64,000 nt of DNA from Eledone cirrhosa (Eukaryota): NCBI GenBank assembly GCA_964016885.1, contig OZ024763.1, positions 9,052,001-9,116,000 of the forward strand, given 5' to 3'. Shown here one piece after another: positions 40,730-55,181 of this stretch (positions are counted from its first letter, which is position 1; every line of letters begins with the position of its first letter). The translations under genes were made by a program, and so were the position numbers. The notes under the pieces were generated by a model. The model was not told the DNA's origin. It was given only the letters and a program-made list of their open reading frames with translations, and did not search any database.

Positions 40730-43554
40730 GCATCTCTCTCTCTATATATATATATGCATATATATATATATATATAAATATATGTAATATATATTTTATA
40801 TATATATATGTATTTTTATATATACATATATAACGTGTGTTTGTTTATATATATATATATATATACAACAGACAAACATATATAGATAAAGAGACAGATA
40901 GACAGGCACAAATCCCCAAATATGATTGGATTAGACAGGGGTGGCGGGGGGGGGGGGTAGATTAAGGGAAATGAACAAAATAGGGATCTTCAGCAGTGAG
41001 AGTAAACATTGTCTAATTACAGCTAGGGTGGAGGTGGGGTGGTGAGGGTGTTCTATAGAGGTGATGGTGGGGGTTTTGGGGGTAGGCGTGGGGGTGTCCG
41101 AGAGAGAAGATGAGGGGGGGTAGGGGTGTGTCAGAGAAAAAGGGGATTCTGGTTGTTACTTGGATGGGAGGAGGGCGTCTTGAGTGGGGGTTTCATGATG
41201 AATCTCCCTGAGAATTATGTTAAGGCTACACGTGTCTGTGGAATGCTCAGCCACTTGCAATATAATACAACTTAGACTGTACCTCAATTCCTTATTTAAG
41301 ACTACAAGATGGGGGAGATTTGGTTACAGTTTGTAGGAGATCGAGTAATATTGTGGGAGTATCCCTCTTCACCACAGGCAGACACACACACACACAGGTG
41401 CAGACACACACACACAGGCAGACACACATACACAGGCAGGGACACACATACACACAGGTGCAGACACACACACACAGTGCATTGTGAAGTGTGTCCTGAG
41501 TACCTGGAAATCCCACATGCAACATAATGACAGCCTCCACTTCACTGATGTCTCAGCAGATGACTGTATGGTATGTGTATGTGTGTATGCATGTGTGTGA
41601 GAATGTGTGGTATGTGTGTGTCTGTCTCTGTGTGTGGGGGGTGGTTCGATTAGTTTAACGAGGGAGGAAGGTCAATTTGATGGAACCTGACGCTGTACCA
41701 AATGGTAAATAGTGCGAGAAGACAGGAGGCAGTGTTGCGAGAAATATCACGTCCACCCCAGACCCTCCTCGCCACCTCTCCCCCCGGGGGTGAGGGGAAA
41801 GTTGGTTATATTTACCCCAGTATTTAACTGGAACTTTATTTTTATCGAGCCCTCCCCTCCGATTCTCACCCACCCCTTCAGAAAGGTAGAATGCAAAGTT
41901 GACCCTAGCTGGATTTGAACTCAGAACCTGAAGAAGAGGGTGTTTAACGGTGCCCAAGATCGGGGGGAGGCGTGTGTGTGACATACCTTAACTGTTGAAG
42001 TCCCTAAACTGTAATTGCCAGCCAGACAGACAGATAGATAGACAGCCAGACATACTAACCATTAACACCGTGTGAATTAAATGGACGAAAGGAGTGTCTG
42101 TATTTATTACGAGTGTATAATGCATTATTTCTGTAGCCACGCATCGCTGCTCTCTCATTATGTATACACACACAATATATGTGTGTGCGTGTATGTATAT
42201 ATATATTTTCATTTATATATATAATATATATATATGTATGTGTATGTATGTGTGTGTGTGTGTTTTTATTTAAGTAATTTGTGTATGTGTAAGTATATAC
42301 ATACATTCACACATGCATATTTGTGTGTATGTACGTGTAAGCATATATATATATATACATACGTGTGTGTATCTGTATGAATGTGTATACATCGTTTCGA
42401 GGTCGATACCGAAAAGTACGAGTCTAGTACTGGGTTCGATTTTTCCTCATATACCTTTCTCAGTCGTTCTATCTTTCTGAAAAAAGAAATCTGCTGTGTT
42501 AGAGAAGAGGTGGGTTCCACTAAGTTTTTTTTTAAATGCCCTAGAACTGCTGTATGTCGCTACAGCACATTTACAAGACCCTCAGGAGTTACGGAACCAT
42601 ACATACATGTATGTACTTCTATTTAATCTTATATATTTGTTATGTGAAATATAAATGAGTAATGACCATAAGAATATGATCGCGGACACAAGCGGCCGAA
42701 ATGGGATTCCCCCGAAGGGTCTTTGTAGTAACGTAACTCTATAGAGTGCGTAGCTCGGAAAGTCACTCCAGGTAGAGCGGCTGCTCCTCCAAATTGAGAG
42801 ATCACAGCTCTGATATTATAGACACGGGGTTAGAATGTCTCAGAAAAGAATCACTGGACAGATTTGTAGCTCAGACATCAGTGAGTCACTCCAGGTAGAG
42901 TTGATACTTCTCTGAATTGAGAGATCACAGCTCTGATATTATGAACATGTGGTTAGAATGTCTCAGGAAAGAATCTCTGGAGTGATTTCACGGGCAAAAC
43001 CAGCCAGCGGGAGACCCAGGGGTAGACCCTGAGCAGATGATTGGATAACATCCATGAGTTTGGCTGGTCTCTCTTGGGGATCAGCCGGAGACGGTTGCTT
43101 CTGGCTGGACCCACTGGAAGGAGTGTTTGAGGTCTCTGCCCTCTCAAGAATGCGAAGAAGAAGAAGAATGCGAAGAAGAAGATTGCGAAGAAAAAGAAGA
43201 AGAATGCGAAGAAGAAGAAGAAGAAAATATATAGTGAATATCGAATATTGAATATTATAGCAGTTTTATTTTGTTTTAATATATTTTTTTTTACTCTTCT
43301 TAAATAAATTTTATTGTAAAATAAAAAAAAAAAATAAAGAAAAACAAACAAACAAACAGTGAAGACAAAATAAAAAAAAAGAAATAGATTTTTAAAAACA
43401 GAATGTTTAGGGATTAAATTCCCCTGGGTCCGCATTGTGGCAATTGTGGTATGGGTTGGATTAGGGGAAACCATATATGAAAGTTTATAAATACTGACTT
43501 TTAGCTACGGACTTTGTCATTGAGCCTCTTCACACTTGTGGGAAACTGGTTTGT

Positions 43555-43638
<84 letters not shown>

Positions 43639-44314
43639 GTGTGTATATAACAAATATATATATACATATATATGTATATATATATGTATACATATATATA
43701 TATATATGTATGTATCTATATATGTATAATTATGTATATATGTATATATATATAATGATGCATATATGTATATATAATAATGTATATATGTGTATATATA
43801 CATATATATATTTTTTTTCGAATCAATTAATTACACATTCACAGAAATGATATTGATTGACAGAAAATAGTTTTAAATTGCATTTGTATAAACATATTCA
43901 TGTATTTATAAAACCGAAAGCCTTTTAAAGGAAAGAGTATCAGAAACGTTTATAATCCAATGATAACGTTTTCTGCCACGCCTCATCCAATATGTTCATG
44001 GCAGTCTTTTGTTGAAATTTATGCAGTAAACTTTGTTATTCATTATTTCAAGAAATTAATGTAAAAATCAGAAATGTTATCTCATGGCAGACACGCTTCG
44101 AAGTATTTACTTACCAAATAAAGTATTTCCAAATGGCTACTTGAAGCAGCAAAATCTATTTTGTATAGTATGGTTGGATATTGGGAAACCTTACAATAAT
44201 ATAGCATTTTTTTTATCTCAGACTTCAAAAGATTTCAAAGACACAGAAAGTTTTGAGTTATTTCCCTTGCTCTGTTAAATGTTTTACACACATACCCAAC
44301 AGAAACCATTTTTG

Positions 44315-44355
<41 letters not shown>

Positions 44356-45171
44356 GTGTGTGTGTGCATCTATATATGTACATATACACTTATACACACA
44401 CACATATATTAATTATAAGGAGAGGGAAAAGTCGACGAACAAACGTTACCAACTACAACATCTAAGAACAGATATTAATGTTGGGGGGGGGGGTAGTGAC
44501 AATAAGGTTAGTGTGTATGGGGGGAGTAGTGATGTTGGTGGTGGTGGCGGCGGAGGTGGTGAGGTTGAGCGGGTGAGGTGGGGGATAGTAATGCTGGTGG
44601 TGGTGGCGGTGGTGGTAGTGGGGTTGAGCGGGTTGGGGGTATGATAATAAGTTTAGTGTGTTGAGGTGGTGATGGTGGTGGCGACTGTTGGTAGTAGTTG
44701 TGATGTATGCGATAGTGATGATGGCAGGCATACCCCATTAGTGAGGGAGTGGGTGCGTGAATTATGGGCTAAAAGGCATTAAATATAGACACACAGACAG
44801 ACAGATAGACACACACATGTATGTATGTATATATATAAGTATATGTATACATATATATATATATATATTATATATGTATCATCATCATCGTTTAACGTCC
44901 ATCTTCCACGATTGATATGTATATGTATACATATATATATATATGTATACATATATATATATATATGTATACATATATATATTTATATGTATACATACAT
45001 ATGTATGTATGTATGTATATATATATGAGTGTGTGTTTCATGTTTATTTTGATTTCTTTCTCTTTGTTTATTTTCAATTTCAAATGTGTGTATATATATG
45101 TATGTATATATATATATATATAAATATATACATATATATATAAATATATACATATATATATAAATATATAC

Positions 45172-45222
<51 letters not shown>

Positions 45223-45330
45223 AATATATATAAATATATATATATAAATATATATAAATATATATATATAAATATATATATATAAATATATATATATATA
45301 AATATATATATATATAAATATATACATATA

Positions 45331-45364
<34 letters not shown>

Positions 45365-45417
45365 AATATATACATATAAATATATATATATAAATATATA
45401 TATATATAAATATATAC

Positions 45418-45452
<35 letters not shown>

Positions 45453-46058
45453 CATACATACATTTATATATATATAAATATATACATATATATATATATA
45501 TACATACATTTATATATATATATATATACATACATACATTTATATATATATATATATACATACATTTATATATATATATATATATACATACATTTATATA
45601 TATATATATATATATATATACATACATACATTTATATATATATAAATATATACATATATATACATACATACATTTATATATATATAAATATATACATATA
45701 TATACATACATACATATATATATATATACATACATACATTTATATATATATAAATATATACATATATATACATACATACATATATATATATATACATATA
45801 TATATGTGCGTGTGTGTGTGAGTGTATATAGTGTATATATTGTGTATATATAGGGTATATAATCATACAGTTTTCTTTAATCATCATCATCATCACCGCC
45901 GCCGCCACTCTCAATATAACAGTTCTATCTCAATCGCCATCGTTTTATTATTTTTCATTTTCGAGAGAAATTCTTTAATTGTATCTCATGTTTTCTCTTT
46001 CAAATCTCGTTGCAGTCTCATCGTCACAGGCTGGTTCCTTTTTTTTTTTTTTTTTTTT

Positions 46059-46183
46059 TCAAAAAGTATTCGGCACTCTCGATATCTCGCCGACCAATCC
46101 CAGGGCTGCTGCGTGTTCACGTGAGCGCATGCGCAGTGCTGCAAGGCTCTCGTCTGCTGTACATCTGTCAACATTTGGCGTTC
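46059..46183 (-). CDS. Paired-type homeobox gene (probably Pax3/7), terminal coding exon with OAR/PHT motif
   Basis: tttacAG acceptor, phase 1: GTPNVDRCTADESLAALRMRSREHAAALGLVGEISRVPNTF*. Resembles OAR (SIAALRLKAKEH) and the Pax7 tail EHSAVLGLL. Confidence 0.8.
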
Positions 46184-46232
46184 CTGTAAAGAGTTACAAC
46201 AGATTACAATTAGATACATCATGTTATAATAA

Positions 46233-46940
46233 TAATTGTTTCTACATTTGGCACAAGACCAGCAATTACCCAGTACATTACTGGTACTTTATTTTATCGA
46301 CCCGTAAGGATGAAAGGCAAAGTCAACCTCCATCATGTTATAATAATAATTGTTTCTACATTTGGCACAAGGCCAGCAAATAACCCAGTACATTACTGGT
46401 ACTTTATTTTATCGACCTTGTAAGGATGAAAGGCAAAGTTAACCTCGGCGGGATTTGAACTCATACCATAAAGGGCAGTACTCTTTGATGTAAAGCATGG
46501 CGTCCGATTCTCTACTGATACTGCCAATTCACTGCCCTTGTTATAATAATACTAATAGTAATTGTTTCTACTTTTGGCACAAGGCCAGCAAATAACCCAG
46601 TATATTACTGGTACTTTATTTTATCGACCCCGTAAGAATGAAAGGTAAAGGTAACCTCGGTGGGATTTGAACTCAGACCATAAAGGGCCGTAACTCTTTT
46701 TTGCAAAGCATGGCCGATTCTCTACCGATACTGCCAATCCATTCTAGAATAGGCACAAGGCCAGTAATTTGGAGGAAGGGGACTGTCGATTAAATCGACC
46801 CCAGTGCATTTCTGGTACTTTATTTTATCGACCCCGTAAGGATGAAAGGCAAAGTTAACCTCGGTGGGATTTGAACCCAGAACGTAAAGGGCCGTAACTC
46901 TATGCCTCAAAGCATGGTGTTCAACACTCTACCGATTCTA
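46233..46940 (-). mobile_element. Four tandem tRNA-derived SINEs filling an intron
   Basis: Repeated SINE core at about 46233, 46348, 46560 and 46747. Confidence 0.85.
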
Positions 46941-46961
46941 ATAATAGTAACATTATCTCAC

Positions 46962-47142
46962 CTGTTGTAATGTGATGAGGGTTGTAAGGAAAAGTGGTCT
47001 TCATTTCACCATAAGGGTAGTGACTGCTTGAGGGATATGCAGCGCTTAAGCTAGCAATAGTGGTGGTAGCTGTGGCTGTTGGTGGAGACCATGTTGAGGA
47101 GTGCATCGTGTCGGCCGTGGAAAGGCTTTGGAATCCTGGCAT
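46962..47142 (-). CDS. Same gene, penultimate exon (Ser/Thr/Pro/Tyr-rich)
   Basis: ttttatttcttAG|ATG...ACAACAG|GTGAG; 181 nt, phase 0 to 1, in frame with both neighbours. Confidence 0.75.
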
Positions 47143-47297
47143 CTAAGAAATAAAATAAAAAAGGAAATATTTTACATTTCAGAATCTGACGCCAGAAATG
47201 AAAAATAATTATAATTAAAAAAAAAAAAAAAAATGAGAAATTTGAAATAGAATGAAAGAAAAAAAACTACACAAGTCTTGCGAGACTATTTTCTCCC

Positions 47298-47609
47298 TTG
47301 CGAGACCTATGACAAGCTCTATACATCATTTTAAGACTATTTTCTCCCAGTTAAAGAAAAGGTGGACCTTGCGAGACCTATGATAAGCTCTATACATCAT
47401 TTTAAGACTATTTTCTCCCAGTTAAAGAAAAGGTGGACCTTGCGAGACCTATGATAAGCTCTATACATCATTTTAAGACTATTTTCTCCCAGTTAAAGAA
47501 AAGGTGGACCTTGCGAGACCTATGATAAGCTCTATACATCATTTTAAGACTATTTTCTCCCAGTTAAAGAAAAGGTGGACCTCGTGAGACCACTTTTCCA
47601 ACTCCACTG
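47298..47609. repeat. 71-bp tandem repeat x4
   Basis: Unit ttgcgagacctatgataagctc...gaaaaggtggacc at 47298, 47369, 47440 and 47511. Confidence 0.9.
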
Positions 47610-47700
47610 CTTATTCCACGCCTACCTCCAATTATTTGGGATCCGAAAGTAGGAAGAAGAAAATAAAAGCAAGAATTCAGATATCCAGTTAGAATTTTAC

Positions 47701-48000
47701 CTGGTTTGTATGAGGGAAGTATGAATCGACCAGGGCCGAGTAATGTCCATCAGCTTTTATAAAAGGAGGGTAGGAAGTGTCGGTTTTAGGTAGACTTGGA
47801 TAGTTATCTGGTCGAACAAGTCCTGGGTAGTGTGCCGCGTGTGCTGCCACGTCAGGTTTCAAAGATGTCTGACTATGGAATGGTGCAGGGAATGAAGGAG
47901 CCGACGGCTGCGACGACCGGTGCCAAAAGGAATCTGAAAAATGAGGACGAAAATTAATGTTGTTATGTGTAGGGATGGTCATGTAGCCAGGACTGGCAAA
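47701..48000 (-). CDS. Same gene, upstream exon (Pro/Ser/His/Tyr-rich transactivation-like region)
   Basis: ttctcAG|TTT...AACCAG|GTAAAA; 300 nt, phase 0/0, FASPGYMTIPTH...YFPHTNQ. Confidence 0.75.
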
Positions 48001-48115
48001 CTGAGAACATGAACATCACTATATATAATACTCTCTCTCTCTCACACACACACACACATATATATATATACATACAGAGGGAGGGAGGGAGGGAGGGAGG
48101 GAGGGAGGGAGAGAG

Positions 48116-48171
<56 letters not shown>

Positions 48172-48226
48172 TGATAATGTGTGTCTGTATATCTTCTTTC
48201 TCTGTCGGTGGCTATGTATGTGTGTT

Positions 48227-48281
<55 letters not shown>

Positions 48282-48326
48282 GTATGTATATATATATATA
48301 TGTATGTATATATATATATATTATGT

Positions 48327-48929
48327 CAGGTCACCAGTTGGTGCTACTGGTAACATGTATCCCAGTACAACCTGTCTCATGGTCGGGTCGTTGGCGACTA
48401 AACTGGCAACCCCACCAAGGTTTCTTGGTGAGGAGGGTGACTTTGGACATCCTGCAGGACTAAAAACAAAACCTGTCAAAGGGCAAAGAGCTCTTAAGAG
48501 TCAATGGCCATCCAAAATCACCGGGAGAGATGACCCCTTAGCCTTTGTCAAGGCAGAATTCTAGGAGATGGAAAACTCTGATATAACACTTGCAACCCTG
48601 ATGGTATCCAATGATGTTGACTTGTTCTTCTTTTTGGTAAATATCATCTTGGTTAAGAGAGTGTGACTGGCTTTGTGCAGTGTCTTTGCTCACTATAAAA
48701 GCTTCACGGCACAGGCATTGCTTTATATCTAGAGATCTCTCTGCACTTGTCGTCACATGGTACCATGGGCCTAGCACGATGTGTCAATAATTGTCACAGG
48801 TGTAGTGTTTGTACCAGAGTTTTCAAGTCGCTGGCTGGACTAAAAAGTCACACTCGTTTAGCGCATCGGTAGGAGTTCTCCCATATGGATATAAAGTAGT
48901 GGCCGTACTCGAAAACGAGTTGGCAGCCA

Positions 48930-48932
<3 letters not shown>
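48327..48932 (+). mobile_element. Non-autonomous bipartite RTE derivative (longest copy)
   Basis: Middle part is similar to the RTE 5' UTR 29385-29610. 3' end gtggccgtactcgaaaacgagttggcagccacc resembles the RTE terminus at 25472-25508. Confidence 0.8.
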
Positions 48933-48981
<49 letters not shown>

Positions 48982-48984
48982 TAT

Positions 48985-50030
48985 TTACGTATCGAGAGAG
49001 AGAAAAAAAGGGGAGGAAAGGTGATACATATAGTTATTTGCCAAGTAGCGTATGCCAAAGGTGCTGGATACTAGTGCCGGCAATATTAAATATTCGAAGT
49101 GTTAATATTTAGTGGGCTAGAAAGTTAGCAGAGCGTAAGCACGTGGGAAAGTAAGAAATCGGAGAATTGACCGTTAAAACATGTTTATTTAAAACAGCAC
49201 CTACGTACGTTTCGCCCAGTTGGGCTTCTCAAGGGCATAAATAATCAAAAGTGTTCCTTACATTGCTCGGAAAGAGTTTTTGGGGTTAAATCCACGTCAA
49301 GGTTCATTGCTCGCAAAAATAGCTTGTTTTGATTTTGCAGCAGGTCAAGGGAGGTAACTCTGTCCGGTGTTAGGGCAGTCTTTCCCGGACACATTTTTTA
49401 TCCGCTACGAGATGAGGTTACAACCTTACCATTGTCGATACGCATGTAATCAACGCTTAATTTGAGAGTTTTTTTTGCCGCATCTGTTTGAGGCTGGGTC
49501 TGGTATGCAAGGATAGTTTCCTGGGTGTTATTTTGCAGCGTCTGCCCGCCGGGGTGTTAAGACTTGTTGCAGGGAGATCCGGTGCACGGTTTCACTCCTC
49601 ATACTTAACCCATCTGAAGAAGGATATTTTTAAGCGATGTGTACAACTTATCGCTGTTTCAGCTCTGCTGTTGATGAGCTCGTGGGGTGCAGTTATGATG
49701 TGGTAGAGCTCCATGAGACAAAGATCGCATTTCCTCTTGAAGTTGTACGGTGCAGCCCTGCCGACAATATCCCAGTGCGTGGAGAAGCTGATGTTTAAGT
49801 CCTTTAGTGATGTGATGTAGTCCGCGAGCGAAGTGGAGTGTTTTAGTTTTTTATTTGTGAAAGGGTGGAGATGTGTTCGAAACCTAATTTTGAACGGGCC
49901 GGAGGTAGCTCCTATATAATGTTTAACGCTATTGTGGCTAGTTATAGTGCATCTATATATAACCCTATCAGTCAAGCAGTATCCTCTAAGGGGGCAGCGT
50001 CCTCTGTCGCGGCAGTTGCAATTTCTGTCG
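48985..50030 (-). mobile_element. Penelope-like element 3' part: GIY-YIG endonuclease ORF end (49592-50030) and 3' pLTR with hammerhead
   Basis: CNCRDRGRCPLRGYCL..VIYRC...YIGATSGPFKIRF..H...CDLCLME...NSRAE...CTH. Confidence 0.85.
49197..49236 (-). ncRNA. Minimal hammerhead ribozyme with U3-A8 core variant
   Basis: Minus strand: gccc-TTGAGAA-gccca/tgggc-GAAA-cgtacg-TA-ggtgc. Confidence 0.7.
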
Positions 50031-51069
50031 CGGACTGGGTCTAAAAATATTGGTTGCCAGGAGATGAAGGGGGCCCACCTACATATAGAATGCTATCATT
50101 TAATTTTTATTATTTTCGAAAAATACATAACTGGAAACAAAACAGTGCAATCAAATATTTGTGGAAAAATAAAAAATATGTATTTTGGGAAATCCAGAGA
50201 CTTTCAATAATGACCAGAAGTCGACCCTAAATATTACTAATAGCTCTAGGGAAGCCATGAACGACAACACATATTTTTAACTTTGATTTAGAAAGTAGGT
50301 TTATAAATATCAATTTTCATTATACTTTTGTAGCTGTCTCGGTGGCCTACTTGGAGGAATCGTAGACGGTGGTGATCCTGGTCTGAAGTTCGATCCTAGT
50401 CCGGAGTAGGGTTTCCGGTAAACTTTTTCCGTTTTTTTCTATTGGTTATGAAATAAAAACTGAAAAAGTTTACTTGTAACTCTTGAGCAGGATTGAACCC
50501 AAGACCAGGATTTCCACCATCTCTAGTACTTACCACTAGGCCACAGAGACAACTACGAAAAACGTCTGAAAATTCTTACTTATAAATTAACAAAAGAAAG
50601 TGTTGTGGTGTTGTTCATGTCTTTCTTAATGTTATTGCTCCTACTTAAGGTCGACTTCTAAATCATTTGAGTGTTCCAGAAACTACATCCTCGTTTTGTT
50701 TCACATCTATCTAGACTATATTTTAACCTGTAATCCATGTTTCATTTCTGTTTCACCTCATTTCTATCCTCCTCTCTGTGATATTTCAATCTACAATGAT
50801 TTGTACTTACTCTATTCATATATATATATATACATGTGTGTGTGGTGTGTGTATGTATGTATTTAGTGCCGACATAGTAACAATACCCAAAACATATGTC
50901 CTGCTTGTGGGTCGGGGGTTGGGGTGTGAAGTGAGGCCCTGTGAGTGAGAGGGGAGGTGTTTGTGAGGTGGTGGTGGGGGACACTAGAAGAAAAGTAAAA
51001 AAACAGGAAAAGAGGAGAAAAAGAAGCCAGCGAAGAGATTGGAAGAAAGCAGACGATAACAGATGTGAA

Positions 51070-51100
<31 letters not shown>

Positions 51101-51105
<5 letters not shown>

Positions 51106-51722
51106 TTAATTTTATATATATACAGATATGTGTGTATGTCTGTGTGTCTGTGTATTACCTATAGGGGCCTACATCTTACGACCGATTTTCATGAAACTTT
51201 ACAGGCTCATAGATTAGTCATCGGGGAGTGTTTTCTATATATCAGCGTATCATTTTTTTTTATTCCGGGGTCATTCTGCAGATAAAAATCGATAGGGGGA
51301 GGGGGTAACCTTTTTTTAGGTAACGAAAAATAAGATTTTGGGCTCTAGCTCCCACATTTTGCCACCAATTTCGTTCAAATTTTAAAGCAAAATAGAATTT
51401 ATCATTGCACATCCTGTAATGGTTTTATATTTTGCATTTGTTGTTCAGGGACGGCGTGTCAGCCGCTTAAATATTCAAAAATACCACTTTTAGACTCAAA
51501 TTTCCACTTTTTCGGCTCTCGCTCCCACATTAATCAACCTACTATATTCAAAATTTTCACTACGCTAGATCTGATTATTTCACGTCTTAAAGTGGCTTTA
51601 CATTTTGGATTGCTGTGTGTGGCCATAGATGAGTCATCGAGAAGCAGTCGCTAAGATCAACACCTTTTCATAAAAGCAGATATTATTTTACCTACCCAGA
51701 CAACGCTGGGTACTGCTGCTAG
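51101..51722 (+). mobile_element. Non-autonomous Helitron
   Basis: 3' hairpin tacccag/ctgggta (51693-51712) followed by CTAG|T. 5' region has tgtctg repeats and accgattttcatgaaacttt, as in Lep1-like Helitrons. Confidence 0.65.
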
Positions 51723-51771
51723 TATGTATATACACAGAGATGCACAGACAAATAGGTGTGTGAGTATATGT

Positions 51772-51911
<140 letters not shown>

Positions 51912-52138
51912 ATGTGTGTGTGTCTCTCTCTCTATATATGTGTGTGTGAGTGTGTCTCTCTCTATATATATGTGTGTGTGTGTCTCTCTCTATATATATG
52001 TGTGTGTGTGTCTCTCTCTATATATGTGTGTGTGTGTGTGTCTATATATATATGTGTGTGTGTCACTCTCTCTCTCTATATATATGTGTGTGTGTGTCAC
52101 TCTCCCTCTATATATATATGTGTGTGTGTGTGTGTGCG

Positions 52139-52171
<33 letters not shown>

Positions 52172-52591
52172 GTGTGTGTGTGTTATTGTTACTGTAAGAG
52201 ACGCCGCTGGCTCACGCCTCATTTACTCACAACAACAAGTAAAACTGTTGTTGTTGTTGTTACTTAGCATCGCTGGTTTCACCTTAACTGGCTGTCATCA
52301 CGTTTACACTTCACACACACACATATATACACACACACACACACGCACACATATATATATATATATACACACACACATATATATATATACATATATACAC
52401 ACACACATATATACATACACACACACATATATATATACATACACACACACACACATATATACATATATTACACATACATACATATATTACACATACATAC
52501 ATATATTACACATACACATATATATATATATATATATTACACATACACACATATATATATATACACACATATATAAACATATATACAAATG

Positions 52592-52623
<32 letters not shown>

Positions 52624-52651
52624 CACACATATATAAACATATATACAAATG

Positions 52652-52740
<89 letters not shown>

Positions 52741-53069
52741 ATAAGAACACCATCACAACACACCAGCACTACCGCCACCACATCTCCCCTACCACCACCA
52801 CTACTACCATCATTACAACAACAAGGAGTCAGTCAAGTGACTGACTCCGCCCACTCGTCATATAAACCACGCCCACTATTCACTGTCACTTTTATAAACT
52901 GTTGGTTGTTGGTATCGTATCTCTAACGTCATTGCTGATGATGATGATGTGATGAGGGGTGTAGTGGTGTGGTGGTGGTGGTGGTGTGGTGGTGGTGGGG
53001 TAGCAGTGTTGTTGTTGCTGTTGTTGTTGCTGCAGCTACATCTGATTTTGTTGTTGCTGTTATTCTTTT

Positions 53070-53640
53070 CAACCCTTTCAAGGGCCTTGCTAAAACCAAC
53101 GTTTATACATCATCGGAGTTGGAGCCCTCTCCCAAAACATTTTAGGATGTCAGCATCAAAGTGAGCAGAAACTGTATTAGGCGGACCCTACCATCAGGGT
53201 CTATGAGAGGAGTCCCAGCCGGTACTTTGTTCCGAGGCCCCAAAAGCCAAGAAGGCTCCGCAGCAACCATGCAACATCCATTTTGAGAACATTCTTTGCT
53301 TGCTTTGGGCCACCAAATTTCTCTTGGAGGCCTTCCCTGTCCTCTGCCATCTTGGAAACCCTGTTGGTTAGAGTTTAGGGTATTGTTCCTTTCGAGAAAG
53401 GGAGACATTTGTGATATCATCTCCCTAATTTAATGATATGAGGAGGGGTCAGAGAGATGACGATAATTCACTGTAAAGGGACTTATTTTAACCCTTTTTT
53501 GAAACCTGGGAGGAAAAACTGGGACAGTAAATGTTGAGGGATTTTAAAGCCAGGTTCTAGAGAGTTCCTCTATAGATTAACTCGAGGAGATGTTTGTGAG
53601 GACCTTCAGGACATTTACAGGGAACCTATGGGGAACCTAC
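53070..53640 (-). mobile_element. Highly degenerate CR1/L2/Jockey-type RT fragment
   Basis: Remnants resembling P.FKKG...PISL, FLERNNTLNSNQQGF and EGSNSDDV...A. Confidence 0.55.
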
Positions 53641-53660
53641 TGCTCAGTTGTGTCTAATTT

Positions 53661-53719
<59 letters not shown>

Positions 53720-54111
53720 TATATAAAAAAATGGAAACTATATTTATAAAACCATATTTATTTCATTATACATATTACAAGGACACCAAAGCAAATTATG
53801 GTGCGCTTTCATCAGATAAAATATAATATAGATTAGTTTTATGAACAAATATTGACATACCCTTAAAGAATGCGATCATGTCGGTTGGAAGCTCCTGGAT
53901 AGTGGGGTTACTAATTTTATTATTGGTCTATTATGCAAATTAGTGTCGGAGAGGTTTAAATCCCGTACATTTAAATTAAGCCGTTGAAATAGGGAAAGAA
54001 ATAGTTTCCATTTGTTAATATATTGTTTTTACTCCAAAAATTTGTAGAGTGCTTTATATCAGTTATAAAAATATTTGCTTGTTGTGTCCCAACAAATTAA
54101 ATATAACTTCT

Positions 54112-54180
<69 letters not shown>

Positions 54181-54187
54181 TAAATAT

Positions 54188-54388
54188 AGTTTTAATATAG
54201 ATGAGATTCTACAGGACTAGAACTGTTTCATTCATTAGAAATCATCAGGAATCAGATTCCTGATGATTTCTAATGAATGAAACAGTTCTAGTCCTGTAGA
54301 ATCTCATCTATATTAAAACTGTTATACTCTGCTATGTATTGAGTACCTTACTTACTGTGGTTACCTCCGATTCAACCCGGAATAACGT
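54188..54388. mobile_element. Fold-back element family F with hammerheads at 54254-54304 (+) and 54205-54253 (-)
   Basis: Perfect palindrome centred at 54254. agattc-CTGATGA-ttc/gaa-GAAA-cag ttctagtc ctg-TA-gaatct; tail 54321-54388. Confidence 0.85.
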
Positions 54389-54730
54389 AAATATAAATAT
54401 ATATAGAAATATATATAAAAATATATATATGTAAATATAGATATAAATATATATAAAAATATATATATAAATATATATATAAATATATATATAAATGTAT
54501 ATATAAATATATATAAAAATATATATAAAAATATATATATAAATATATATATAAATATATATATAAATGTATATATAAATATATATATAAATATATATAT
54601 ATATATAGATATAAATATATAAATATATAAATATATATATATATAGATATAAATATATATATATAAATATATATATATAAATATATATATATAAATATAT
54701 ATATATAAATAAATATATATATATATAAAT

Positions 54731-54761
<31 letters not shown>

Positions 54762-54772
54762 AATATAAATAT

Positions 54773-54805
<33 letters not shown>

Positions 54806-54874
54806 AATATAAATATATATATATAAATATAAATATATATATATATAAATATAAATATATATATAAATATAAAT

Positions 54875-54905
<31 letters not shown>

Positions 54906-54990
54906 AAAATATATATATATATAAAAATATATATATATATAAAAATATATATATATAAATATATATATAAATATATATATATAAATATAA

Positions 54991-55031
<41 letters not shown>

Positions 55032-55109
55032 TATATATAAATATATATATATAAATATATATATATAAATATATATATATAAATATATATATATAAATAT
55101 ATATATATA

Positions 55110-55181
<72 letters not shown>

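Noticed and set aside
48327-48410. HDV-like ribozyme at the 5' end of the RTE derivative
   Set aside because: P2 (ccagt/actgg), a P4-like hairpin and CTAA are suggestive, but I could not build P1 or a proper L3 by eye.
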